Below are positions 13,130 to 26,710 of a DNA stretch of 64,000 nt, in pieces. Within the stretch, counting starts at the first letter, position 1. The number at the start of each line of letters is the position of its first letter. Position numbers and translations under genes: made by a program. The notes below the pieces were generated by a model, which had not been told where the DNA came from, did not search any database, and saw only the letters and a program-made list of their open reading frames with translations. The DNA comes from the human T2T-CHM13v2.0 reference genome, Homo sapiens: NCBI RefSeq assembly GCF_009914755.1, contig NC_060926.1, one strand, 5' to 3'.

Positions 13130-13950
13130 TTATTAAATAATTCATACAAGGCTTTATCAAATGCCTACTATATGGGAAACACTTTACAAGAATGTGTGAA
13201 TAAATGCAAAATTAAATGTGAGATCCCTGCCTTCAAGCAATGTATAGTCTGGCAGAAAAGAAAGACTCATAAATAAATTATTGTTAAGGGAAGGTTGAGG
13301 GATTAGAGTAACAGCATGAAAGTTTGCAGTGGGAACTCAAAAGTTTCTCAGTCTATCTCAAAACGATTTTATGAATGACTTTTAAAAGGTGAGGACATGC
13401 TCACCACATCAAATCACAGCTATAGAAGACATTGCTTGCAAAGCTTTGTTCCAAGAAGAAGACATGGGAGGTAGACATGGAATTTGGGGAAGAAAAATAA
13501 GTAACATGGAAATGGGACTGGGGGAAACTACAGTGTTTGGGGTTGGGAATTTATTAGGGATAATGCAGGAGGTTATGACAAAGGCCAGATTAAGCTAAAA
13601 AGTTTGGCTTTCAATTCCTAAATAATGTGCAGCCATTGATTAAAGCAGAGGAGAAAAATCAGATTAGCATATTAGAAACATTATTCTGGCAATAAATAAT
13701 GTAGAGTATTAATTAAAGCAAAATATGATCTAATACAGGAAAACCAGCTATAAACTACTGTAATTAGAGACAGAAAACCTACACTAAAAAAGTAGACAGT
13801 AGGTATAAAGAAGAAGACATAGGAAGGAGAGACATTTCAACACAGAATTTACAGCACTGGTGGAAGGTAATATTAAAGAGTTACATTGGTAGTGATTGCT
13901 AAGCTTGGGACCTTAGTGACCAAGGAGATGGTGCCATTTTTTTTTTTACC
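13130..13950 (-). mobile_element. L2 LINE fragment
   Basis: ttattaaataattcatac...tttatcaaatgcctactata...atccctgccttcaagcaatgtatagtctgg. Confidence 0.75.
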
Positions 13951-13964
13951 AAAATTGCATGAAT

Positions 13965-14180
13965 AATAAAAATAGTAATAGCTAGCATGGAGAGCTTACC
14001 CATATATTAACTCATTCAATTTTCATGACATCTAAGTAAAGTAGGCACAACTGGTATTAGTCTAAGTGTGAAAAAAAAATAAGAGTCTTGGACTGGTTAA
14101 GTAAATTGCCAAAAACTCTGTCAGGTAGTATGTGATAAAACCTGCACTCAAACTCAGAAATGCTTGATGAAAAGTAAATG
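13965..14180 (-). mobile_element. MIR
   Basis: aataatagctagcat...ttaactcattcaattttcatgac...ggttaagtaaattgccaaa. Confidence 0.7.
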
Positions 14181-14199
14181 ATTTTAAGTATTATTATAC

Positions 14200-14470
14200 A
14201 TCTAAGAAAATGAAGAGGAGTTGTCTTTGACATACTGAGTTTGAGATGTCTGTTGAGATATTTTGTAGACAGGTGAATAGAAAGGGCCGGAGTTCTCAGC
14301 ATGAGATTGGTAATTGAAGGCACAAGGTAATCACAGAGAAGAAAAAGAAAAGAATCACAGGCAGAAGGCAATAATTGTATATTTAAAAGGCAGGCAGTAG
14401 ATGAGGAGCACCTAAAGGTGTCTGAAAGATGTAAAGAGAATCAGCAGAAAGTGGAATCACAGAGGTCAAT
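14200..14470 (-). mobile_element. L2 fragment (continuation of the element at 13130)
   Basis: tttgacatactgagtttgagatgtctgttgagatat is a classic antisense L2 motif. Confidence 0.7.
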
Positions 14471-14479
14471 TCTATGTTA

Positions 14480-14795
14480 CCCTGTGCTCACATCTATTTC
14501 CATGTTCCCAATTCCCACCAGTTGTTCAAAACTTAAGTCAAATGCTACCTCCCCCAGGAGGTCCTCTCTGATATTCTTATTCAAAATTAATCTTTTTCCT
14601 GGTCTCTTTACCCCTTGTTCTGTGTGTCTCACAATTTTCACCACTTTCTTTCCTTGTACTATGTTGATATATATGTATATTATTTCTATTCAGCCCATAG
14701 TTTTATTGAAGGCAGAATCAATGTTTCTCAGCTTTTATCTCCTCATAATATACATAGAAGATCAATGGCAATTTGTTGGGTGTATGGATTAATGG
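14480..14795 (+). mobile_element. L2 3' fragment
   Basis: tcaaatgctacctcccccaggaggtcctctctga...ttgaaggcagaatc...catagaagatcaatggcaatttgttgg. Confidence 0.65.
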
Positions 14796-15029
14796 ATAGT
14801 CTTGACAAAATGCTAATGAAATTTGGGGCATCAAGGAAAGTATTAGAGAAACAAAATAGCCAGAACCATGTTAGTTCCATATAATGAAACCATAATGCCT
14901 ATACAACAAAACTCAATGGAAAATTTCTATTACAGTATTTCACACAGGATATTATTGGATCAGAAAATGTCTACAGGAGGAAAGATGGAGAATAGAAATA
15001 CTTAAAGCTTTTTTCACCGTGAGTGATGT

Positions 15030-15270
15030 AGAGGCAGTAGAGAGTAGTTGATAATAACTCAGGATTTTGCATCAGAAAATCTTAATTTCAACTTTGCCAT
15101 ATGCCAACTTTCTAACTTTGGTCATTATTTAACTCTCTGAAGTTATCCTATTCTGCAAAATGGGGGTGAAAAGATGTAACATATAGAGATGTAGTAAGGA
15201 CTGAATTAGGTAATATATGTCAAAAACTTAGCATTATGCCTGACCCATTCAATAAACCTAGTCACATTGT
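15030..15270 (+). mobile_element. MIR
   Basis: gaggcagtagagagtagttgataataac...ctgcaaaatgggg...aaaacttagcattatgcctgac. Confidence 0.8.
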
Positions 15271-15275
15271 TGTTA

Positions 15276-15297
15276 CTGCTGCTGCTGCTGCTGCTGC
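15276..15297 (+). repeat. Short (CTG)n repeat
   Basis: ctgctgctgctgctgctgctgc. Confidence 0.85.
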
Positions 15298-15319
15298 AGT
15301 TGTTGATAAATATTTAATA

Positions 15320-15470
15320 AGAAACAATTAGAATAAATACAAGAATGTTTTTACTTTATCCATCAGATAATAGGCTTCTACAATTCATTATCACTAATAT
15401 GTGGTGTTAAAAGCAGGAAATAAAAAATGACTTTAGAAAAGACATGACTGATCATAATCCAGAGACTAAG
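15320..15470 (+). mobile_element. CR1/L3 3' remnant
   Basis: tttttactttatccatcagataataggcttctacaattcattatcac...gcaggaaataaaaaatgactttagaaaag resembles the CR1 ORF2 C-terminus. Confidence 0.4.
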
Positions 15471-15614
15471 TGGGTCTCATGGCCTTACTGAAATAGCAGA
15501 CTATTCCAATTAATATAAACTTAACCCTAAAATTCTGGGCTATTAGGGCATCTGTTCCATTATTTAATAAATACTTTTGTGCAAGTGCTATGCTACTTGA
15601 CTAATTGTATTTTT

Positions 15615-16592
15615 TAAATGGGAATGTAAATAAATAAATAAATAAATAAATAGGGAGCAAATCTCCCATGCAGAAGAATTACAAATAATTTATGTAGATA
15701 CTCCACCCTTAAGAAGGTGGATCATGACTCCCTACTACTTAAGTGCAGGCTGTGCATAGTGACTTTCTTCCAAAAAATATAGTGTGAAAAAAGAAGAGAG
15801 AAAAGGAGTAACCACAAAGTGGAGAAACCTGAGAAATGCTACCCCAGCCGTGTGATCAAGTTCACATCCACACTGATAAGTCATATTTATGGTGTGTGTC
15901 CTTGATATGATGTGAATGGCACTCTGCCTCTGTGGTCTTTCTCCCCAAAACTCAAAGGTCCATTCTAACCATGAGAAAAAACATTAGAAAAAACATTAAA
16001 AAATCTCAGCTGAGAGACATTCTACAAAACACCTGACCAATAATCCTCAAAACTGTCAGGGTCACTAAAAAAAAAGAACGTCTGAGAAACCATCACAACC
16101 AAGTGAAACCTAAGGAGACATGACGACTGAATGTAATGTTGAATCCTGGTCGGGACAGTAGAACAGAAAAAGGACCTTAGGCATAACTGAGGACACTGGA
16201 ATAAAGTATGGACTTTAGTTCATAATATTGCATCAATATTGCTTCATTAGTTGTGACAAATGTACCATACTAATGTAGGAGTTCAATAACAGGAAAAACT
16301 CACTGTGGGGTGTATGGGAACTTGCTGTACTATTTCACATTATGTATATATTGAACTGTTCTAAATATATAAGTTTATTTTTAAAAAATTAAGGAAATCT
16401 GTATAAAATATGCACTTCAGTTAATAATAAAATGTCAATATTCATTTATTAAGCATCACAAATGTACCATGGTCATATAAGACGTTAATGATTTGGGAAA
16501 CTGGGTATAAAGTGTATGAGAACTCTCTGCACTATCTTTGCAGTTTTCCTGTAAGTTTAAAACTTCCCTAAAATAAAGTTTATTTTTAAAAA
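15615..16592 (+). mobile_element. L1MC/L1MD-type 3' UTR with two tandem terminal segments
   Basis: aagtggagaaacctg...gagacattctacaaaacacctgacca...ataaagtatggactttagtt; ends aagtttatttttaaaaa at both ~16388 and ~16592. Confidence 0.85.
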
Positions 16593-17629
16593 TACGAATG
16601 CAAGAAAAGCATTTTATTTAAAATGTTTTTCTTTTCATTTTTCTCAATTGCTATTTCAAAAGATATATCCTACTTGGAGATTTCAGATTATGTGGCTTTT
16701 TATATCTCTACATTTTTTATACAGGTGGAGAAAATAAAAACATTAAATGATTCACATGCATATTCAAGGAAGTATTTTTATTTCCTGTTGTATAAATTTG
16801 TAAAACACTCCAGTTTATTCAAGTAGATCACCACAACTGATTTGAAATAGAAACATCAGACATAAAGGAGATAGTCTTTCTACATAATTATAGGAAGGCC
16901 ATTTTCTCTTTTACAATTTTTAGGTTCAACAAGACTGTCTGTATCAGATACCATAACATTGAGATGGGTGAATGACAATTTCAGTTTAGGATGCTGTGAA
17001 CTGCAGCATTACCAAAGAAGTCACTTACTTTTTTCTCACTTCCATTTGCATGTTTACTACTGTACTTTGTAAATGGTTTAGCCTTGACATGAGAATTCAG
17101 AGGTGGGTTTTCTTCAGCTTTTTCATTTATTTATTTATTTATTTATTTTTTGAGCATAGAAGAATGTGAAGCCTATATACTTCCTTTGGACAAGAATTTC
17201 ATTCCTCCATGTTACAAGCTGCCAATATAACCTTGGCATTGAAATTTGTCAGACTACAGTCTTTGCAAACTCTGTATCTCAGAGAAGTGTTTATTTCCTA
17301 AAAGAATATAAAAAAAAGAAAAACTGTTACCTAAGAAAAAATCATTCATAAACTATAGATAACAACATCAATTTGTGAAATTTTAACAATAATTTTAAAT
17401 AGAATCTTATTTTCTCCACTTTCCTCAGTGCTCCAAATGTCCACACAATCAAATATGCTGGGTAAATCTTGGTTCCAATGGTCATTACTACTTATATGGC
17501 AGCCTTAGTATAGATGCTCCTAACTTCGCTTCTTTCCCCCAAAATGTCATTTTGTATAGCATTTGGCTCAGTTCAAGAATTAACTATCATGAAAAGGTAC
17601 CAGAGAGAAAGAGGTAGGATGCCTTCAGA

Positions 17630-18082
17630 GTATCCATTTTCTCTTTCAATCAGAGATACCCATTTGGGGATTCTGCAGTTTCAGGGAAGCACATGTGATC
17701 CAGCCTAAGCCAACAAGAGTATTGCATCTCGTTGACCACAGTGATTGATTCAGGGGCACACATCAACTTAAACTGGTTCATTCAGAGCACTTCTCAAAAC
17801 TTTCACAAAAAATACTGAGATCAAGACAGTCTTTCTCTTGTGGATTGTGAATAAGGAAGCATTTTTCTCTGATGTTGCTGGCATCCATCTAGGGAAAACA
17901 GAGCATTGATACTGAAGGAAATTGGGTTCTTGGTGACATCATTGAACCAACAAATCAAGCCTTCCCTGAAGCAAGTACTATTTCTAGTCTTTTTAATTAT
18001 GTGAGCCAGTAAATTAATTTTATTGTTTCTACCAGTTTAGGTTAGGGTGATACTTGCAACCAATGGCATACTAAATAATACA
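17630..18082 (+). mobile_element. Old MLT1 (MLT1K/L-like) LTR
   Basis: cacatgtgatccagcctaagccaac...gtgagccagtaaatt...tacttgcaaccaa...ctaaataataCA. Confidence 0.75.
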
Positions 18083-18099
18083 ACACTCTTGAATTTTTT

Positions 18100-18365
18100 A
18101 AGAAATGGTGTTAGTATACCTTAACTGTCAAGAACCCAGAGTCGGTAGCCAAACGAACTGGGTTCAAGTCTCCACTTTCTCATGTATTAACTGTCTAAAC
18201 TAGGTTGCATTTACATCACCTTTATGAGTCAATTTCCCCATGTGAATAAAGGTGGTAATACAGATTGCTTCTTCATAGGATGATTGAGAGGTTTAAAGGA
18301 GTCAGTACACATAGAATACAGTACTTGACACAAAGTATGTGCTCAGTAAGTGTTTGCTATTATTA
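18100..18365 (+). mobile_element. MIR, near full length
   Basis: ctgggttcaagtctccac...cttcataggatgattgagagg...gtgctcagtaagtgtttgctattatt. Confidence 0.8.
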
Positions 18366-20066
18366 AATTCTAAGCTAATGCTGTTTGACAAAAATAAAAC
18401 AGGTTTATTATATAGTCTGTGAGGTCTAAATTTACAGATGGTCTGATGTAGGAAATGGTTGGCATTAACAAATAATAGATATGACTTAACTTCATTCTCT
18501 AGAAAATCATGTAAGTAAATACAAAATAAACCAAACCCTCCGGAGATGTAATCCATTTCTACTCTTTAACTTACAAAATACTGCATTAACTATTTCAAAG
18601 TACGTGATTACATTTTAGATATTTATATATTAGGCAACTGTCTGAAGTACTGATTTTTAACAGCCTGGATGAATTAATTGTTATAGTTTCCAAGGAGTCT
18701 TAAGTTACATTGGTGTTCAAACTTGTTTGCATGATAGAAAGGACACTTGGTGATTATGATGTTGTTTTCAGAGCACCATAAAATAAAAATGTATTATACC
18801 CAAATAAATCATAATTTTGAAATTATTGAAAATAAGCTACAAGTGTAAACAACCAGTATCAGGCATTAAACATTTAAGAAAAATAAGCTGGAAAAAAATA
18901 AAAGTGACAAAATTCTAAGCACTAACTTAATTATTTTCTAGAAACTGGGAAACATTGCCTGTATTTTATTTCAGTGGCAAGACCCATTCAGCGCTGCTTA
19001 ACACACACGCCAGGAACATAGTTTAAGAATAATGACAGAGACAAAACTGTGCACTTAATACAGTTCTTTGCACATAGAGGGCACATAATAGATGTTTTTG
19101 ATTGGATGACTAGGAGAATCTAGTTTAACATTTATTCTTCATCTAACAACTGCAACTTGCAAAGTACCCACAGAGATGATGTACTTTCAAATATTACACA
19201 TGGCCCACTGAGTACAATTGTAGTGGTGCCCTTTCATAATATCTTCCATTATAATCTTCTATCAATGCTGAATGAAATATTAAAGTGAAGTGTGCATGTG
19301 GTGATTAGCGATCTAGCCTTTCATTTCCTGAAGATTTGGGAGTGATTTGACTACTTCTACCAATCCAAAAGGGGGGATTAGATATTGCAGGCTGAAATAA
19401 ATCACTGTACAATATTCTTGAGCATTTTCAACATGTCTTCCGAATAGGAACAAATCCAAATTACGTATTTGTAGAAGATAATATTTTCCTGATGTGGTAC
19501 ATTTAGATTTCTTAAATCCTGTGCTTAATATTATAAAAAAGCCTGTGAGCGACGAGTTCAGAATCTTCAGTGTGTTTATTGCTGACAGATGATGCTCAGC
19601 CTCATGGTAATTGTTGATGCACTAAAGTGTAACTGAGATAAGTTTCCAGTAAAATGTGCTGAAGTTTGCAGATTTAAAAATAAAATTACAGCATAACCTT
19701 TTGCATTTGTTGTTTTACATTACTATAGGAAACTGAAATCAGATCTACATGATTAAAAGATAATTGCTCTTTTATCAATATCGATAACAGAGTACAAATT
19801 TCATGTTCAAATTCCAAATTAAATTGTTTAACAACATATCCTAACACAGATAACTGACAGATATTTTACCAGCAGACAGGGTAACTATGAAGGCATGAGG
19901 AAGCAAAACATCTGTGGTTGAATTTGAAATCACTAACACCATAAATTAACTGAAAATCTTAAGTGTAACTGCCAATGGTTACCAAAATAGAGATTGTAGA
20001 AAGGTATTCATACCCAAAGACTCCTATACAGACACTCAACTATTAAATCTAAAATTAAGGCTAAAA

Positions 20067-20382
<316 letters not shown>

Positions 20383-20784
20383 TTATCTTTGATTGGTCTC
20401 TAATACGCAACAAAGTCAGTAACAAAACAAATTTGTATTTGTTTTTTAAATGATTGTGCTCAAGAATTACGTGGTGAAAGTACACAATGTTAAATGGCAT
20501 CATGTCTCCAAGGTCACATTGGATGTAGATTTCATTTGACCTATTCAGTGAATGAACATGGAAGCATCTACTTATTGGGTGAAAATTATCTGTGTTAATT
20601 TTGAACTATTGAAAATGACAGTGATAGATAAAAAGAACTGTGTATTTGCTTAAGTGATTGATTCACTTAATCTTTACTGTACAATATGTAACATTATGCA
20701 TGTGTCACTTATGAATTTAAAACAGTGCTTAAAGGTATTTAGAAGAATTGTTTAAATAACTTAATACAAGTAAAGTATTTAGAA

Positions 20785-20890
20785 CGATAGTCCCCAGCCC
20801 TGAAAGTATATTAGAATCACTGGGAGCTTTTTAAAAACACTGATGCCTAGGCCCTACCCAAAATCAATTGAATCAGAATTTCTGAAGGTC
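20785..20890. mobile_element. MER5A (hAT-Charlie) fragment
   Basis: attagaatcactgggagctttttaaaaacactgatgcctaggccctaccc...gaatcagaatttctg. Confidence 0.8.
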
Positions 20891-20899
20891 ATCTCTCAT

Positions 20900-22420
20900 A
20901 CCCAGTCAACAGCCTTCAAAGGCTCTACACTTTTACTTCATATCTCACTTTCCAGTGACTTCTAGTGTCCTTTTACTCTGGGCCTTCTGGAACTTATGGT
21001 TCATCATCAACAAAATCTCTTATCCTCAACTTCTTCTACTAAGCCCTTATAGCACTATTTGGTGAGTTAGAAAATGGTGCTTCTCCTTAAGACACTTTAC
21101 TTCCAGCTGATGGAAAATTGCCAGACTAAATATACAAAGCTTCCAGTGAATTCCACACTATGTATGAAGCCTCCTTAGATGTGGCACTCCTATGCAGTAC
21201 GAGCCCTTTCCTTTAAAGCTTCACGGAAGACTTACTCTGTAGAGGACTCTTTTTCACCTCGGCCCTTTTATGTTTTCTCCCCACCTCTGTCATACCTTCG
21301 AGCCTAAAGGTATAGTAAGTGCTTTCCATGATATTTATTACTTCTTTCTGACCAATCTCTCCTCTCTAAAAAGCCCAAATTTTGAATCTCCTATGAGACT
21401 ATACCACTTACTACCAGTCCTTGTTGCTGTGTGTCACACATCATTCCTGGAAGATTTTCTGTGCCAGTTTTTCTCTGGCACTTTCTTACACTACTCCTGC
21501 AGTGATTTCAATGATCACATATCTTGATCATTCCAGAATTCAGAATTCCATTTCCCATGACATCTTTCTTTCCAGTGGTCTTGTCATCTACTTTTCCTTA
21601 CTTCCTAGAATAAATTCTAGACTTTGTCATCACAGTAACTGCAACCTTCCTCACTGTGTCTTATTCCCTGAGATTCCCACCTCTCCTCCTTTTCCAGTTT
21701 AAATCCATGGTCAATTTTCATAATTACTCACTTGCATACACATTCAACCTCCTTGCCCCTCTCTTCCTTCATTTTACAACCATGTCAAAGGTTCACCCCT
21801 GGCCAAATAAAATATCCTCTTACCCTGTACTTGCACCCATACAGCCAAATGTGGTTGAAACAAAAAATACTATCACGGTAAGCATTTTTTGACAATTAAC
21901 CTCAAGTGTAACCCTTTTTTGAGGCAGCGTCTCACTCTCTTGCTCAGGCTGGAGTAGAGTGGCATGACCACAGCTCACTGTGGCCTTGACCTCCCAGGCT
22001 TAAGTGATCCTCCCACCTCAGCTTTCTGACTAGCTAGGACTACAGGTGCGCGCCACCATGCCCAGTTAACTGTACCCTTAATGCTACCTGCAGTCATAAC
22101 ACATTCTCCTAATCAATTCATTTTTCCTACTCTAATAGATAACTAATACTTTCCTCTTGCTCCTTAAACCTTTAATTATTCCTCCTCCTTCTTCAACTTC
22201 AGCTTTTTAGTTCCCTAAGTGGACACAAGTAACAAAGGAGAACCATCCAAATCCCCATCAAAAAATGAATCAACTCAATTTTCATCTGTGCCTGCATATC
22301 TTGCCTAGTCTGAAAACTAAGGTCAACCCCATGATATGTGTCTCTTCTTGCTTATTCAAGGACATGTTCTAGCAATTTTCTCATTCCTCTCTTGTATCCT
22401 CTCAACCTTTCCCAGCAAAA
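20900..22420 (+). mobile_element. L2 internal (ORF2) region, degraded and interrupted
   Basis: Pyrimidine-rich L2 body motifs (ggccttctggaac...catcaacaaaatc; gtgatttcaatgatcac; ctagactttgtcatcac). Confidence 0.6.
21915..22069 (-). mobile_element. FRAM / AluJ right monomer
   Basis: Single arm with J-type diagnostics (cacagctcactg, gatcctcccacctcagc), flanked by imperfect tgta(a)ccctt repeats. Confidence 0.85.
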
Positions 22421-22449
22421 CATAAATTAGCTATAAAGTACATTTAATT

Positions 22450-23285
22450 TAAATTTGGACTATAGATTATATAATTACATCAATGTTAAATTTCCTAATT
22501 TTGGTCATTATATTATGGTTATGTAAAATAATGTCTTTGTTCTTATAAAATATGCAATGAAGTATTCAGAAAGGGGGACATGGTAGCTTTAACTAACATT
22601 CAATTTGCTCAGGAAAAAATGGAGAGAGAGGGAGGGAGAGAGAAAGAAAAGAGAAGGAGAACTAAAAAATTGGCGAATAAGAAAAGGGTATAGTATTAGG
22701 GGTCTCCAGAGAAACAGAACTAATATGATATATAGAGATATAAACAAAGAGATTTATTATGAAATATTGACTCACATGATTATGGAGGCTGAAAAGTCCT
22801 ATGATGTACCATCTGCAGGCTAGAGGCCCAGGAACACCAATGGTTCACCTCCAGTCTAAAACTGAAGGCCTGAGATCAAGGGTAGTAAATAGTGTAAGTT
22901 TCATTCTGAGTCCAAAGGTAGCCAAGAACCAGGAGCACTGATGTTCAAGGGCAGGAGAAGATGGATGGCCTAGCTCAAGCAGAGAGTGCAAATTTGTTCT
23001 TCCTCTGCTATTTTGTTCATTTAGGCACTCAACAGATTGGATGGTACCCATCACATTATTGAGGGTGATCTTGTTTACTTAGTCTATTGATTCATATACT
23101 CATCTCTTCCAGAAATATCCTCATAGACACACCCAGAAATAAGGTTTTAGCAGGTATCTGGGCATCCCTTAGCCTAGTCAAGTTGACATATAATATTAAC
23201 CATCCAAAGTATACGGAGTTTCTTGAACCATTCTTGTGATTGTTATATCAGTTTAAAATTATATGAAATAAGAAGATTTAAAATA
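22450..23285 (+). mobile_element. Old L1M 3' end interrupted by MLT2
   Basis: catcaatgttaaatttcctaattttg...gaagtattcag; resumes at ~23207 with tacggagtttcttg...aaataagaag. Confidence 0.75.
22691..23206 (-). mobile_element. MLT2 (ERVL) solo LTR
   Basis: tattaggggtctccagagaaacagaac...tatggaggctgaaaagtcc...gtcaagttgacatataatattaaccatc. Confidence 0.9.
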
Positions 23286-24439
23286 AAGACTTTCCAAAAT
23301 AAGCAAAAAATGCAAAAATCTCAAGAGATTACTTGACTTGTATTGCTTCATAACATTTGGCTATAATTATCTGCACAACACAATAGATTATATCACATTA
23401 CTAAATGGATTGATACATATTTTAAACTCTTTTGAATGTGTTTCTGAGAACTGTCTGTTATCCAAATCTCCAAGTGGTTTGGAGAACAGAAATAGAAAAT
23501 ATCTAAAACTTCCTATCATATTTTTACCACTAGAACAAGAATATAAATTTCGTAATTCTTAATGTTCACTTTCTTTAGATTATAATACAATAGAGGCTGA
23601 CCTGCATGAACCTTTCAACAGCAAGAGTCAAGAAGCACATAAGGTGGCTAGTTTATATTGCAAGTATTCCAGATGTATTTTATTTGAGTCAAACACTGGT
23701 CCAAGAAATGGCCTTTTGATACTAAACCAAATCTTAATGTAGAGTTGTTTAAGGTATAAGGATTTCAGTAGGTGGGTTAGTAGGGAGGCTCCCTAAAATG
23801 TGGTACAAAGAAGAATAAATGCCCTGAAGTTCCTACATTATTTAATAAAACACCCCTCCATTTTGTGAATGTGTTCAGGAGGACCATAAGAATTACTTCA
23901 AGCATTTCTTGAAGTAATAATAATTTCAGAACTGACATATATTTGAAATTTGTAAATTTGTAAGGACTGCAACTTTGCCATCTCTATATCAAAATACTAA
24001 TAAAAGCCTTGTTATGCCTTATGTTTTATTCCATTCAAGCTTGATTTTTGCTAAGGTCTACCAATAGTGCATTTTTACACAATTTTGACAATGAGGAAGT
24101 TCAGGTATGACAAATCAATGGTAAGTACATCCCACCTACCTTGTCCTCACTGATGAAAGACATTGCCCAGAATTCACAGCACTCTCTGGACCCAGCCTCA
24201 CAACCCTTCCCAGCAGAGGACTCTAGACAGCCAGCCATCATGAGCTGCTATCTACTTACCCTCTTAAGAGTGGGTGAAAATCTGCTCTTATGAAAAGTTA
24301 CTTAGTAAGATTAGTTGAACTATATTGGTAGAATTAAAGTAATCCTTTGCCAGTTTTCTGGACCAAAACTAAGAGAAGATGAGCATCTCTCTGTAGAATT
24401 TGTCATTGTAAAAGAGTAATTACTGATATTCCAAAGGAG

Positions 24440-24640
24440 CATGCTCAGGACAGGTTCAAGCCTAGAAGAGATCTCAAATCTCATCAAGTGCAACCTCCTT
24501 ATTTCCAAATAAGGAAAACTGAAGACTAGAGAAGTGAAGTAACTTACAGAATGAAACACACAGGCATAGGGAGATAGAATACAGGATTCTTCCCTTTTTT
24601 GACTCCCAGCCTAGTATTTTAGCCCTTACAGAGTACAGCC
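24440..24640 (-). mobile_element. MIR
   Basis: agagatctcaaatctcatcaagtgcaacctcctt...ggaaaactgaag...gaagtgaagtaactta. Confidence 0.75.
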
Positions 24641-24704
24641 TCTGATTTAAAAAAATAATAAAAGTGAAATAAAATAAACACATTGTTTATTCTTCCTGAT
24701 GTGT

Positions 24705-24865
24705 GTGAGAGAGAGAGCGAGGGAAAGGGTAAGGTAGAGGGAGGGAAAGGGAGGGGAGGAGAGAAGGAAAACGGGAAGGGAGGAAGTGGGGGAGAAAGGA
24801 GAAAAGGAGAGACAAGAAACAAAAGAGGAACAAAAGAGGAACAAAAGAAAAGAGGAAGAAATAGA
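24705..24865 (+). repeat. GA-rich low-complexity tract
   Basis: Nearly pure purine strand with several GGG runs. Confidence 0.85.
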
Positions 24866-26579
24866 AATTATTTACTTGGTTCTTTGTTTGATGTATTCAA
24901 CTATCCACCTATCAGGTGAATTCACATTGGTAGGACTCAATCATTTAAAAAGAACAGGAAAAGGGAGTAAAATCTATAGTTAATAATATACCCAATCCTC
25001 TTGACCTGTAAAGTTTCCTTAGCTAAGGAGTAACAACCCCGAATGTCATAGGAGGTGGTAACTGCATTTGAGTAATGCTTAAGATCTAATGTAATTCTCC
25101 TCTGTAGAACAGTGGAAAGAGTTAAAATATAGACATTTCAAGATAAGTTTCTCTCTCAAGCAGACTCAAAAAGTCAGAAGATTTGAAAGCTATTAGGACT
25201 ATGATAGATGATCCTCTTTCAGACACCTTTCTTTTTCACTGACAAGTTGCTGTTAAAAATTAAAGTAAAAAGAAGCCTCCTTTTTTGCTGCACATTTTTA
25301 ATGGACCTGAAGCCAAAATAAGTCAGACTAAATTATGGGAGTAAATGACCTCCCGGGAAGTATTATACCAAATTCCAAAGTACTGTAAAGACTTTCCTTT
25401 GATCTTTTTAGCTTCACAGCCTGAAATTCAAAATCTGTATTTAATTTTAGATTGCACGTACCAGCTTTTAAATTTTCTTTCCAAAATGATATATCATTTT
25501 AAATGATAGAACACCTTTAACTTGTATTACTTAAAACTGCTGACCGTCACTGCTTTATTCTTTTACTCTATAAAAACAGATATAGATATAATTAATTGCT
25601 AGAAGTATTTGGGGTTCAGTGCTATAATGGATAAACCACTGACCTTCGCTTAAGAGACAGCACTTTAAACTCAACCTTAGTTCCTACATGATATGACTGA
25701 TCCAAAATGAAGTTTTTAGTTCACACCTGAGGAAGACACTGAATACAGAAAAAAGAATGCTAGAAAGAGATAAATCTTTCTAATTCCTGCTTTTAGGACT
25801 ATTTTTGGGTAACTGCATCTTATCCTTAATACATCTTTTAGCAGATTGCAAACAGGTGCACTCATTTTCAACACAGACCTTTCTGTAGCTCCACAGATGC
25901 CTTAATTGAGCAGCGTTTCAACAATAATGCACGTCCATTAACACCTGTAAATCATTCTGTATTCTTAAACAGAAACATCGCACTCTGATAGAGAGAATCT
26001 CTTATACTTTTCCTGTACATGCTGACTGCAAATGTCTTTATTACCTCCTTTGTGGAGATTAGCATGACATCTGCTAAGCTTGAGAAAAAGAAAAAAGAGT
26101 ATACAGTAATAGTTTGATTTCATAACTAAGGCTTGTTAAGCTAAGGACAGAATTTAAGTGTCATCCATTAATTTAAGTTCAAGCCTGATGGGTTTGGTAG
26201 AGGTTAACAACAACAGCAAGCAATAAAGTCAATATGTACCACCCAAAAACAAACAAACGAAAAATTTTCTTTCAGGTCATGGAGTGTGCTGGATACATGA
26301 GGACTGATCTTGTGAAATTTACTTTTATTGTCACTGCTCTAAAGTACTCACAGGGCTTTGATCTGAGTTTTACTAGCATTGCCCATGGTTTTCTGATACT
26401 ATCCTGCTGGAAACTATACTTTTGACCCAAAAGATAGTGCATCTTACCCATAATTACCAACACTATTTTCCTTTTTTTGTTAGTCTTCTAGGTTTCAATG
26501 TGACTTTAGGGAAATTACATTGTCTTTCTATGACTGTTACCATGAATCTTAAGAGTAAATTTGTTCTGCACACTTCATA

Positions 26580-26710
26580 TGTAGGGCTTAAAGTAAGATG
26601 AGTAAGGCAGTTTAGTGCACAAAATTTAAGGAGACACTCACTCCCAGGATTATACAAGTGCAGGGACTGACAATTATACAACTTTGAGAGTGAGAACTTC
26701 CATACTTAGC
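26580..26710. mobile_element. MER96-like hAT DNA transposon fragment
   Basis: gcacaaaatttaaggagacactcactcccagg motif. Confidence 0.55.
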
